From contig OZ365115.1 of the NCBI GenBank assembly GCA_977030845.1, positions 3,286,001 to 3,319,000 on the forward strand: 33,000 nucleotides of DNA. The letters run 5' to 3'. Shown here piece by piece: positions 1-11,212 of the stretch (within the stretch, counting starts at the first letter, position 1; each line of letters begins with the position of its first letter). Below the pieces are notes generated by a model that saw nothing but the letters and a program-made list of their open reading frames with translations, ran no database searches and was not told the origin of the DNA. The position numbers and the translations under genes are program-made. Source of the DNA: Fimbriosthenelais zetlandica (Eukaryota).

Positions 1-589
1 CATATTTCATGGAACCATCTTCTAGTCTTGGGTAAAAGCGCATGATCTAACAGGAACAGTATATACAAACTCTGCTATTGGGCATTTCTTTTTTCTGAAA
101 CAGTCCCTGATCTTTTATATTTCCCAAGGCCTCGGGGCAAGAAGTTCAATTGAGCAAAGTGAGGAATAGCAGGTATAAGAAGAGGGGATATTTTAAGCTA
201 TTTTAGAAGCCATCCTTGGCATCCTTCATCGTCTCTCACTTCACATTACGTGAAGTAATCCAGTGCGCATTCTCCTTCAAATTAAGCCTCGGAGCAGGAG
301 AGCCTTTACAAGATAACAAGTTTTTCATGACAAGAAAGCCCTGCCATGAATGATGGCCGTGGCTTTCTGACTCGCATTGTGATTCTAACGTCATCTAATG
401 GAAACACAGACGTGCATCTACCATGGAGGAGAGTCACGAAGCCAGAGTCAGATTACAATCAATTCAATTGGAGCGACAGCAAACCACCCATGTCTTAAAT
501 TGATTGTTCATTTTATGAAAAAAAGAGGCAGGGAGGGTGGAGGTTGGCCTGGGTTTTGGTTTAAATAAGGAGGAACGAGTGAACATGCA

Positions 590-1070
590 TGTTCCTTGGG
601 TCTTCAATCACAAAGGGGAATCAGTCAGGGCATTGCCTAGAACTGTAGTAACTGCATTTAGTCAAAATCTGGATCACAAAAATCGTAAATTTATTGATTA
701 CGTTTGATAAGAGTTTCTCTCATGTGAATGTCGTGTACTGAGTCTAATAAACCGACATTTGAACCGCAAACTGGAGAGTGAATAGACGGACCACTGAATC
801 AGGAGAATAGACGAAAATGATTTGGGCAGCTCTGGTATTGAACTGCCAAGCCTTATATGATACATTGGTAACACCGAGAATGAGCAACTGGTCTAACCAA
901 ACATCACGCTTCAAAAATGGTCATTTCCTCATGAAAAGTTACACAATGGTCTCATTGTATCCCCTATCTTGTAGGAATTACTTTATTTTCTTTATATTTC
1001 ATGATCATTTGTATTTTTTTACCACACTTTGTGATGCTTATCTAAGATTTGGCAGATGGGTTAGTGTAGC
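590..1070 (-). mobile_element. Possible Penelope-like element RT C-terminal remnant
   Basis: Broken frames give PICQIL, FLQDRGYNETIV (942-977), RETLIK (about 705-720) and FPFVIEDPRN (590-620). These echo the PLE motifs PYSQFLR...FL.RGY...R..LL...IPFV.TY.P, but the spacing requires an insertion. Confidence 0.3.
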
Positions 1071-1202
1071 ACAAACCTATAAATATGGTCAATGTTCCCA
1101 CTATAGGTGTATAAGCCTTACGAAAATCAGCGAGAATTACTTACAAAAGTGATTTGATCTCCGGTGAGAAATGACCATTGATTACTTTAGCATGTGGGCT
1201 AA

Positions 1203-1297
1203 GCCTTCCATCTAGCACGGCTGGGTGGGGGTTGTGGCCATCCCCGCCTTCCATCTAGCACGGCTGGGTGGGGGTTGTGGGGCCATCCCCGCCTTCC
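1203..1297 (+). repeat. Tandem duplication, 43/45-bp unit x2.2
   Basis: gccttccatctagcacggctgggtgggggttgtgg(gg)ccatcccc occurs twice, followed by gccttcc. Confidence 0.95.
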
Positions 1298-1689
1298 CGC
1301 CTCCCATACCCATCTTCACCCATTACTGTCCCAATATTTGTCCCAGATTCCCAGTCATGGGAAGCTTCCCCATTCCCACACTCCCCAATACAGAACTAAT
1401 CACGTGTGAAAAATCGCCCACTGAAGGCCCACATATCAACCCATTTCTCTATCCCACCTTTAGGGAAGTTACAATTATTCCCTTAGATAGTATCTCTCCT
1501 CTCTCTTCTATGTATATGCTCTCTCCCGCTCATCTTCCCCTCTCTCTCCTTGCCTCTCATCTCTCTTTCTCTTTCTCACCTCTCCTTCTTCAGGGACTCT
1601 TTCAACCCCTTTCCTTTTCACTTTCCTTTTTATCTCATTTGAATGTGTACCCATTGCTCTCAATATTTCTTACACTTTTCAAGTACTTT

Positions 1690-2400
1690 TTGTGGGTTTC
1701 TTTTGCTGAGATTTTGATTACTTTCTCTCAGCTGTAAATCTTTTCTTATTCTACTGTCTTTTATGAACGCTCTGTCGTCACCGGGTAGTATCTTCTGTCA
1801 GGGTTTCTGTCCTGGAATATTTTTATTCTCCGAGAAATGTTTAAGAAAATACAACCACTTCTTCTTGTCCCTGCATCAAGCATCAATCACCATTCCCCTT
1901 AAGTCGGTAATTCTATCACACCCTCCCTCCTACATCTATCCACTTTAGATTCCCCTCATTTTGCAATTCTTTTCTATCATTTCGGGTCCAATACTACATT
2001 TGTATCGAATGTCTTCAATTTAGTAACATTTCTATGTACAAAGGAGACCAAGCAATGTCAATGCCCGAAAAGATATTGCCATCTTCACTCAAATTCTCTC
2101 CAAGAAATATAACAAATGCCACATTCAATATAAATGAAATATCATCTGATATTCTTTGAAACACTGGTTTTATTTCAAACCCTTGAAATATTAATTCGAT
2201 CCCAATTTACCTCATTTTATTCAATTTTTCAAAATGATAACATCTGACAGATTGTGGCACCCGAATTATTCCATTTCATTACACTCATTCTCCAAGCAAT
2301 TTTCATTCTCCCTTCATTAATTTCTCAAGTAAACCAGATAAAAACGATCCATATCCATCTCCCTTTTTATTAGAGCAATTCTAACTTTGCATGCTCTGTG
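1690..2400 (-). mobile_element. Decayed LINE (L1/Tx1-like) ORF2 post-RT fragment
   Basis: Broken frames give LLEKLMKGE, IDIAWSPLY, YWTRNDRKELQNEGNLKW and GCDRITDL, resembling the AW...LW.N...KW..GI.RI.DL region of L1-clade ORF2. Heavily degenerate. Confidence 0.4.
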
Positions 2401-2446
2401 TAATGGATATTAGTCTATTGTAGGAACTCTAGAACACACGCACCAA

Positions 2447-2500
2447 CACCCTGAGGAGGGAGGCAGTGAAAATAGCTCAAACAGCTCCGGGGTTGAACTG
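2447..2500 (-). mobile_element. SINE-like fragment (B-box-like motif plus conserved body)
   Basis: Minus strand ggcagttcaacccc...cactgcctccctcctcagggtg. The body motif recurs on + at about 27959-27980 (cactgcctccctcctcaaggtg, 1 mismatch). Confidence 0.4.
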
Positions 2501-2728
2501 CCGACCCTTTGATCATGATAGGTATGGATAAAGCTGAAGGGATACAATAAATTGATCCTAAAATTTCTACATATTTTAACCTTGAATGCTGTGAATTCAT
2601 TAAGGATTATTGGGAGCAAATCATGATAATTTCTAATATAAAAGACTGGATATCAAAATGCTGCTGCATTGCTGCAAAATGCTGCAATTTTCAGGAAAGA
2701 ATCCTGAAATCGTTATTCTTTAATGCAA

Positions 2729-2830
2729 GGCCTTAAAACCGTGGACACTTTGAACACAATTTATCAATTTCATTCGGACACAAGCATCACCTTTGTCGCA
2801 GTAGTTTCACAGGCAAAATCAGAGAAGTGG
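2729..2830 (+). mobile_element. Copy of the same TTAA-anchored repeat family
   Basis: ggccttaaaaccgtggacactttg...ggacacaagcatcacctttgtcgcagtagtttcacaggcaaaatcagagaagtgg aligns by eye with 11115-11212. Confidence 0.6.
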
Positions 2831-3498
2831 GGTACAGCCTTTACAAACACCCAGTGTCTATGAGGCACCATGTGTAGAATGTTTATGATTGTCGGGTTTG
2901 AGGTTTTCGATGAGACATAAGATTGGGTACCAATATAGAAGGTATTAATGCACGGTACACTCACCTAATCCTCCCACCCTTCTCTTGCTTTCATGTGTAT
3001 TCTCCATCCTCTCACAGCATCTACGGCTGATCATACAGAATTATGACACTGACAGCTTTCCCCACTACAAGCTAAATGATGGATTTACATTGCTTTGATG
3101 GTAAATCATAGCTTGATTAAATAATAAATCCTAAACAATCATGTTCAAGAGTACATCATTTCACATGATCTATCCTAAACAATCATGTCCCATTGTATAC
3201 ATTATTTCAGACAATCTACAAAGTAATTTCTGCAAAAGGCGCATTATTTTAGAGAATCTGTCCTAAGCATTCCTATTCATGGCTAATTTCGGACCATCTA
3301 TACTAAATAATCCCTTTCTAACAGAAGATGACATTATAGTATCAATTGCTCATAAAAATACATTTCCAAACACGTCCTAACATTTTATATTAACTAACTG
3401 CTTTGGGAGGGATTCAGATAAGGAATTAGGAAACCATAAATGATCAAAATCATAAGAATGTATGAGAATTATAATATAAAAACAACTCAAATCTTTCT

Positions 3499-3732
3499 TC
3501 AGGAAAATAAAAGATTCCTGGGTTTTAAGCCAGGTGGGGATGGAACCAGATGTGGTAAGATATAGCCCCAGACCAATGCTGATTTCCCTGGGAATAATTG
3601 TCCATGTTGAGGCAGAAAGACCAAAGGTTTGCGGTGACTCTGGACCACATCGGGGCTTGTCACAACCCGCGCTTTGAAAGGTTCCTCACAAATGCCTGAT
3701 TTGGGATCTTCAGTGGCAGAAATTGACAGAGA
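3499..3732 (-). CDS. Candidate downstream, possibly terminal, exon (SLSISATEDPKSGICEEPFKARVVTSPDVVQSHRKPLVF...PRNLLFS*)
   Basis: Good acceptor cactttgtgctctgatctttacag|TCT. Phase-0 frame is open for 77 codons to TGA and compatible with exon E. No strong internal donor seen, and no homology support. Confidence 0.4.
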   Translation of the reverse strand, partial: SLSISATEDPKSGICEEPFKARVVTSPDVVQSHRKPLVFLPQHGQLFPGKSALVWGYILPHLVPSPPGLKPRNLLFS

Positions 3733-4642
3733 CTGTAAAGATCAGAGCACAAAGTGATTCTGGCTCGATCCGTAAATGGGGATTGGATCAATTGGAGTAG
3801 ATGGGGATGGACTGTGAGGCATTCACATGGCTTACTGTCACCGGCCATTCTACACTCTCAAACTCTACACTGTCAAAACACGGTTTTTTTTTAAATAAAA
3901 AAAAAAGTCTGAAGATTTTTTACGAATCGATTTACAAAAACTCCAGCTGTATATTACGAGGGCAATCATTTTGTTTATAATAATATAAGATATCAAAGAA
4001 CGGGGAAAAACAACGGGAAAAACGATATCATGGCTTATTATGCTGCAACAACAGCCATATAATTTGGAGAGATGATTGCAAATTGGCTATTGTCACCAAA
4101 CATTGGTAGACACTACTGGTATTGGGAGACACGGCTGTCCAGTATATTTAAACATAATTACGCCATACACAACTTTATATTTTTTTCTTGTGGCTTCTAC
4201 CCACTGTATGTGAATGAAATGCAGCCTACAAGTAAGAAAGAAACTGATATTTCCCTGATATGCCTGCTACTGCCCACATATGAAACAGCACTGTTACTTT
4301 CCTTTTTATTTATGATTAAAAAGTGGCCTGCCTGTGACAGTGATGCAGCGGGAGAGCCTCGATCCATCTGCTTTCTTAGCAGGCCTCTCACATTGTGACT
4401 AATTACATATGTATAAGATACGAGCGAGACATGTCCTCATTTCCGCTTCTTTTATCACTATTACCCGGAATAAAAAAGGCATTTTCTGGAATGTTATTTA
4501 TGGACAGTAAGCATACTTGTAAGTCAACGACCCACCTCAATTCCTCGCCAAATAAGGAAAGGACTTTTTCAAAGTGTTTGCACAAGCCTATTCTAGAGCT
4601 AAGTGCACAGACTATAGCTATAGGCTAAAGCATCGTCATGCC

Positions 4643-4677
4643 ATTTCCTCTATATATGTAGCATATATAGAGGAAAT
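4643..4677. repeat. Perfect 16-bp inverted repeat with 3-nt loop
   Basis: atttcctctatatatg-tag-catatatagaggaaat. Confidence 0.95.
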
Positions 4678-6724
4678 TGTATCTATATTCTATGGACAAT
4701 TTAGAGGATTTTTTGTTGGATAAAATCATATTTCCAGGCCAAGTACAAAAGGCAAGAAGACACCAAAATGAAAGTTACATTGTGAAGCACGTCAATAGAC
4801 ATCAGTCAATATGAGAGGAGCAGAGAGTGAGATATGACCTAGTTCACCTGAGTGGCTCACCATGCTCACCAATATAGAACTCAATGAGCAGCTCCCAATA
4901 ATAGGGAGCTCAAGATAGCTCTATCTCTACATAGACTAAACCTAGCTCTATAGGGTTCTGGGTTCAGAGAACCAGTTTGGGGATGCGTCTATATATGGTA
5001 TTGATGATATTTCTAAGAAATGATGCGGAACGTTCAGGATTGTTATACCAGTTATTTTAATAACATATTTAGCTGAAATTCATCGTAAATTAAATGTTTA
5101 GATAGATGCTGCCATGGTCAATCAATTCCATTCAAAATGTACAATGTGCCTAAGTCATTTGGAGATTATTTATCTGTTGCCTGTTTCAGATCTTTGTCAG
5201 GGAGAGAGATTAAAAACTCTTTTTGGATTGTCCGAGGTTACACCCAATGAATTTCAATAATTCAATATTGCTGCGTGGTTAGAAAAAAAAACTCGTTAAT
5301 AAAAGATAGTAGAGAGATGCATGTTTAAAAATCCAATATTTGAATGTGAGCCTGAGATAAAAAGTGACACGTCAGTATTGATTTACACATAAAGACTGCA
5401 CCGTAACAGCTGAACAAGTATGGGGGGCGAGACGAGAGAGAAAGACAGGCGAAAAGTGAATAAATTGGGGAATAATACATTGAATGAGAGCCTAAAAACA
5501 CCCCCACATACACCACCACTGACATGGCGTTCAACAACCCATTTGCACTTGGAAATCCATTGTTTATTAACCCCTACACGGATTTTAAACATACCTGTAG
5601 CGGTTAAAAACAGCTGGGTGGTGAATGGGGACTTTAAGGCATTCTGTATAGAGGGGAGCACAATAGTGAACAATAGTACGTCTAGCATCCAGCTACTGGT
5701 CTATGGGTAGACACGGTAGTTCATAATAGATAAAAGATCATTTGATTCATATTCAGAGTCAAAGCAAGAGCTAGGTTCATATTACAAGGGGTAGGAAACA
5801 CGTTGTTGGCTTTCTATGACCTGCTTCTTCTTGAAAGGCAGAAAAGGTTTTATGTATCATGCTGCTGCCAAATTGAAAGAAACGGTTGGCGTTTTCATGT
5901 CTTATCATAGACATAGGGTGACATGGTTGGTATTTGACATGCCTCCCTGCAGAGATTATGGGATTTTGTTAAGATTTGACATCCCAGTTAGCAGCACTGC
6001 TGGGAGAAGGACAATGGCAAATGTGGCGAATGGTTCCGGAAGGGATATTTAAGAATCTAGACTTTTCTTGGTCATAAAGCTGCAAGGCTCGTGTTATCTG
6101 TGCTAACTTTATGCATCAACAGACGTCATAAATCAGATCAACTGACCAGAAATTGCAGTAAATAGATTAGCAGTAAATGCTTATCAAAACACAGAATCCA
6201 AGGAAGGAAGCAGAAAAACGCCAACACCCCACTGAGCATGGACGCCCGAGGCATCTCCCAGCAACCACAAATCATACAAAAATATCAGCAATCAAACTTA
6301 CTGCAGACTAAATAAATATGCAGACAAGCATTAATGAGTTTGCTATTCAAAAAACTCCAGTCGTGAGAATGGTACATTATGGCCCTAGCTCCGTGAGTTT
6401 TTTTTATTTTTCTCTTAGTTTTTCATTTTCTGCTACGCTTTCTCCCAGTCGCCCTCTCTCATGCTTGTACAGATCTCTTTATTAGGGCCCTGCGTTGTAA
6501 CGGCTTGCTCAAGATTTATATTTTTCCGTGTTCATTCGTCACGTGATCTTGGCCATAAGCGTTCTATCAAGCGGGAAGGGCGTGGAGGGAGGGAGGGGGG
6601 AGGGGGGGGGGGGACTTGGCGGAGAGGGGCATGTCTATATGTATAGCTTGGGGATAGTTCTAAATGAATAAGAGACAAGACAGTACAAGAAATGGAATTG
6701 TATCTTTGCCAGGGTTATATAGCT

Positions 6725-7450
6725 ATCTATGGCCTTTTCCCTGGAAATGGCTATTCCTAGAACTTAGTAGAAGCTAGGGGGCCATCCTTGAGATACCCTC
6801 AGTTAAGAGTAAGTATAATATATGGCCCTCTATGGCCCTTTTACAAGGCCTTGTGGAAGCTATTATAGCTCTCACCCCGAAAATCAAAAGTTCTTTCCCA
6901 AGACCTTGAAATGTATTTCCCAAGACCTAATTGGAAGCTAAAATCCTAGAAAGGGCCTTTGGAAAGACCCAGTAGGAAAATATCAAGTTGAAACAATGAC
7001 CCAATATCTGATAGGCCCACAAGTAAGACCTATTTAAATATGAAAGGGCCGCAAGACATAGCAGAAACCATTGGCTTGAAATGCCCCTTAACTACCAAGT
7101 AGAAACTTATTGGAAAGGCCCTTTCTAAGACTGAATAATAAGGCCTTTTTACTAGATAAGTGGGAACTATTGTCCTATCACGAAAGGTCCTTTCTAAGAT
7201 AAATTTATATATTTGGCCCTTGCTTATATACAGTACAAACGATTGCCTTGAAAGGCCTTTCTAGGATTAAGTAACAGACATGGCCCTTTTTGTCTAAATG
7301 CCCTTCTCTGGTCATAATAAAGGGCCGGTCCCTGAGGGCCATTACACGGACTGTAGAGAGGGGGAGGTCAACATATTCATTAAGCTGAAGCATTGGTCTG
7401 CATTTCACTGTGTCGTTAATGTACTAGCACATTAAGCTTGACTGGCCCTG
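6725..7450. repeat. Degenerate GGCC-rich satellite, about 69-bp period
   Basis: 16 GGCC sites counted in about 720 bp. A gaaagg(c/t)c(c)tttcta(a/g)ga motif occurs at 7113, 7182 and 7250, with related aaagggcc at 7042 and 7319. Confidence 0.65.
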
Positions 7451-9146
7451 TATGATTTTACCAGACCCCGGTTAGTGGTGAGCAGTTCATTCATGTTCCA
7501 CTCAGAGCACCTCACGTACCAACATCATCTTGGATTTGTTCATTGCGAGCCCCTCCCAATTACCAGTACCACTAGATGGGAATCAGACTTGCTATTTTTC
7601 ATTGGTTTTAAATTTGCATTAATTTAATTTCAACATCAAGAACGTTCTAGTTTATTGCCTCCTCAGTGCTGGATTAAGTATTTTTATTCATTCTGCAATG
7701 CTTTCCTTTACGATGTAGCTGTGAAGTTATTTTTATTTGGGACATTGATGCATACTAAGCAGTGAGAATATGCATGAAATCATTAGTTTAGATTTGGTTG
7801 AATTTGGTCTATTCCGAAGAAGAACATTTACTTAAGACACTTAAGCATGAGTTTTGTATTCTAAGTGCAATTATAGATGTGTATAATTATGGACATTGCT
7901 GCGAACAAAACGGCAATTTTTCTGAATCTTGAAATTTTCATAATTCCATGGTCAAATAATGGCAGAAATTGGGCCTTATGCAACATAATTGCCATTGACA
8001 TATTGCAACAGCAGTCGCCATTTTGCGGAAACCCAGAGCAATATTATGCAATAGGCCTAGTGTACAGTTTGTTTACGGCACACAGCCAGCCTGACAGCGG
8101 ATAATAGAGATATTCTGTAGCAAACGAAGCATGGGAGTAAGAATTCCCGCGAGGTGCGAGGGCTGGGTGGGTTATGATTATGATTAATAGGTAGAGGTAT
8201 GGGAGGCAGGTTCACCACATTCACACTAGATGGGGTGTGCTGGGTGTGGGTCAGGGGGGATATAATACTGTGTGTCAAGGCGAGAGCTATAAATGGGCAA
8301 ATTGGGGAAAGTGAAAAATTGCCCTGACAAAAGGTATTGTTATCTGGCAGAATATAAGAATTTCCTGCGTAGAGGTTCAAATTTTGCAATGTAGAATATC
8401 ATATCAGGCCATAAGTTTTGAAATGTAGTAAAACAGTGATTGTCCATAAAAGGTTTAAATCTTTCAAAGAAGGATAATAAGTGAGAGCAAAATAGGAGAA
8501 TATAGGAGTATCCCTTATCATATAAAATGTTGCCATTTTCACCAGCGAAAGCTACTTCCTTACTGAAAATGTTTACAATTGGCAGAGTTTGAGACTTTTT
8601 GAGGCGCCAGGAAGCACCATAAAACTACAATAGGATATTCCAGTGAGTCCTCATGAGCCAGCCTTGGCTAGATCTGATATACATGAGCCTGAGGGGGTAG
8701 GTGGGGGGAGGAAGGGGGGAGGGGGGGGGGGAGGGAAACCTCCATCAGGGACACATGGAACTGTTCGGACGTACCCCACCCCAGGGAAATCATGATCTGG
8801 GGAGGGGAGACAGAGAGAGGGCACAATATTTAGTGTGGTTATTTGTCACAGAACTGCTCGGATATGCGTGTTTATCTCCCGATTATTCTTGATTAATGGC
8901 GGCCAAGAGTGCCTTCATTAGAGTCGTGTTTGTCAAGGTTACTTCAAGGACATTCACGTGTTTGCCTCTCTCTACTAATGAATGTAGCAGCTGTCATTAC
9001 TATAAGTTTGAAATGGAAAATGAGAAGTGGAATTTGTTATGTGGGAATGATAGATTTGGAAATTGGACCTCTGACATGTTTCACCGGAGAATATTAAGAG
9101 GAAGCATATATGGGGACGAGGGTAGATACATGAATAACTGACTGGA

Positions 9147-9410
9147 AGAATGAATGAATGAATGAATGGATGAATGAATGAATGGATGAACGAACACATG
9201 AATGGATAGATGGATGAACTCAATGTATTGATGGAAGAATGCATGGATAGACGAAAAATGGACATTTGGATGAAATGGATGAATAAGTGAATGAATAAAT
9301 GACAGATATGATGAATGAACAAATGAAAGAATAAATGAAAGAATGAATGATAAATGATTGAATGAATGAATGATTGAATGAATGAATGAATGAATGAATG
9401 AATGAATGGA
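9147..9410 (+). repeat. (ATGA)n/(ATGG)n microsatellite region
   Basis: Runs of gaat/ggat tetramers, near-perfect at 9360-9408. Confidence 0.95.
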
Positions 9411-9859
9411 TATAAACTCCAGTCTGCAGGTGCTCCAGTACCAGGACGCGTCTCCAGGGCTTGTTTGAGGAGACAGCCTCCATGCAGAAGGTCTTATCTG
9501 GATTTATAGCATCCCTCTTACCCCCCCCCCCCCGGACCCCCCCCCCCCCAACCCCCAGGCAGAGGGTCAGTCCAATCCACTAAACAACAGGCCTTTATTA
9601 TCTAAAGTCCTACAACTAACAGCAAGTCCAGCCGCCGTGGTCAAGGCTGGACATTAGTCATTCTATATTAATATTATATATGATGAAGCATATAATATGA
9701 CAATAGGCAGGCAAAGGCTGGTTTTGTGGATAGATGTATTTGACTCGTTAATATAGTTTTCTATATTGTTGGGGTGAAGCAGAGATTCATAAACAGTGTA
9801 TTGGAAGTAAAGCCTGTCTCGATCTGTCTCAGTACTTCTCCACCATTCTTTTTCCATCA

Positions 9860-10135
9860 AGATTTCTCTCCATCTCTGTCCATTCAGACCCTCCTTTTTC
9901 TGCCTCTCTCGACTCTTCCCTTTCTCTCTGTCCATCTCGTTCTCCCTTATTTTGTTATCTATCACTGCCTCTCCCCACTCATTCCCTGTCTAACGTTTTT
10001 CCTCTCTCTATTTGTCTCTCCATCTACCGATATTACCTGTCTTTCCATGCATCTCGAGTTCTTTTCCTCGCTCCCTCCTCCCTCTCCCTAGCCCTCCACC
10101 GTCTTCCTCCAGTCCCTTCCCTTCCTCTTCCCCTA
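9860..10135 (+). repeat. CT-rich low-complexity tract
   Basis: Polypyrimidine-dominated sequence. Confidence 0.85.
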
Positions 10136-10609
10136 GCATCCCTGTCACTACATGTCACTAATCAATAGTCTGCTTCCCAACACAAACAACAGAGAAGCTG
10201 ACATTCACAGTAACTCCAATACCTCCAATACATGGTCAGAAATGAAGGAGAAACGTCACAACTTACACTTAACAAATTCTTTATCTAGTCATTTACTGCC
10301 CATTTAGTGCCTTAATATCCTCATTTCTTGTGTTTCCTATAAATGGTTATTAGCCCAGATTTGGGTTCTTTAGTTAACCCTTCTAGTTTAATTTTGCCTA
10401 GATTTCCCTGGTTAAGTACTGGTACAAAATTGGCGTATGTTATGCGGTGGTTATGAAACAGGCGTCAGTATGATTCTACTGTGTAATACTCGGGTATGAT
10501 CGTGGGTTCTGATATATAAGGAATCCTCAGGAAGGAATCTCCTCCCCCGCTCCCAATCATTCCAATCAAAGCCCTGCTTAGCACCTCCATACATAAATAA
10601 TAAGCTCAC

Positions 10610-10714
10610 GCCTGCCTGGAGGAAGCCACGTGGCTTCATTGTTCCCACACCCAAAGGTGAACCGGTGGTTTCTCCAGGCAGCCACCGGTCGATCGCCAAC
10701 ATGGCCTTTGCTCT
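10610..10714 (-). CDS. Internal coding exon E (RAKAMLAIDRWLPGETTGSPLGVGTMKPRGFLQAG)
   Basis: Acceptor tttgcttctgacctcag|AGA and donor GGC|gtgagc. 105 nt, phase 0/0, GC-rich island matching exon D. A second AG 2 nt downstream opens an alternative stop-free frame. Confidence 0.72.
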
Positions 10715-11051
10715 CTGAGGTCAGAAGCAAATCTCATTTTCATCTTTTTTGCCTCTGCTCGAGGGTTTAGTGCCTTTGACTGTGCTACATCCCAAGTGGA
10801 CTTCAGAAGATGTTAAAGCCCACGATTCTACTGAGGTGAAGGTGCTCTGGGTTGCTTCTCAGTTGCAGCAAGTGACAAGCAACCTTTGAGTTTTTAATAT
10901 GAGATTCATATGTATGACTGTCAGCTGCATTTCGCTCCACTGGGGTTCTTTGTGAGTGTTGCCTAGTGACTGTAACGATTTAGTCGCGACTTTTTATGGC
11001 CTTTTGTCTGCTACTCTGTTCATTTTCAAATAGCTGAATTATAGCGAGCCC

Positions 11052-11212
11052 TTGCTTGCGACACTGCTGCGACAAAGCTAATGTGTCGCAATGAAAAATG
11101 TACCAGTGGAGGACGGCCTTAAGGCCTTGGACACTTGGACCACATATTAATTGTATTGCGACACAAGTATCAGTTTTGTCGCAGTAGTTTCGCAAGCAAA
11201 ATGGCGGCAGTG
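11052..11212. mobile_element. Head-to-head pair of a TTAA-anchored dispersed repeat (Kolobok/piggyBac-like non-autonomous ends)
   Basis: Perfect palindrome ggccTTAAggcc at 11115-11126. Both sides carry attgcgacaca...tttgtcgcag(t/c)agt(t/g)tcgcaagcaa in inverted orientation. Confidence 0.6.

Noticed and set aside
1225-1737. 170-aa ORF
   Set aside because: Starts at GTG in a tandem duplication and runs through a CT-rich tract; no splice or domain support.
8077-8114. 38-nt micro-exon with strong acceptor (cttcgtttgctacag)
   Set aside because: Weak donor (gtaaac), and it would shift the frame relative to the E-to-3732 join; not supportable without reads.
8975-9483. HSFI-repeat ORFs
   Set aside because: Translations of the (ATGA)n microsatellite.
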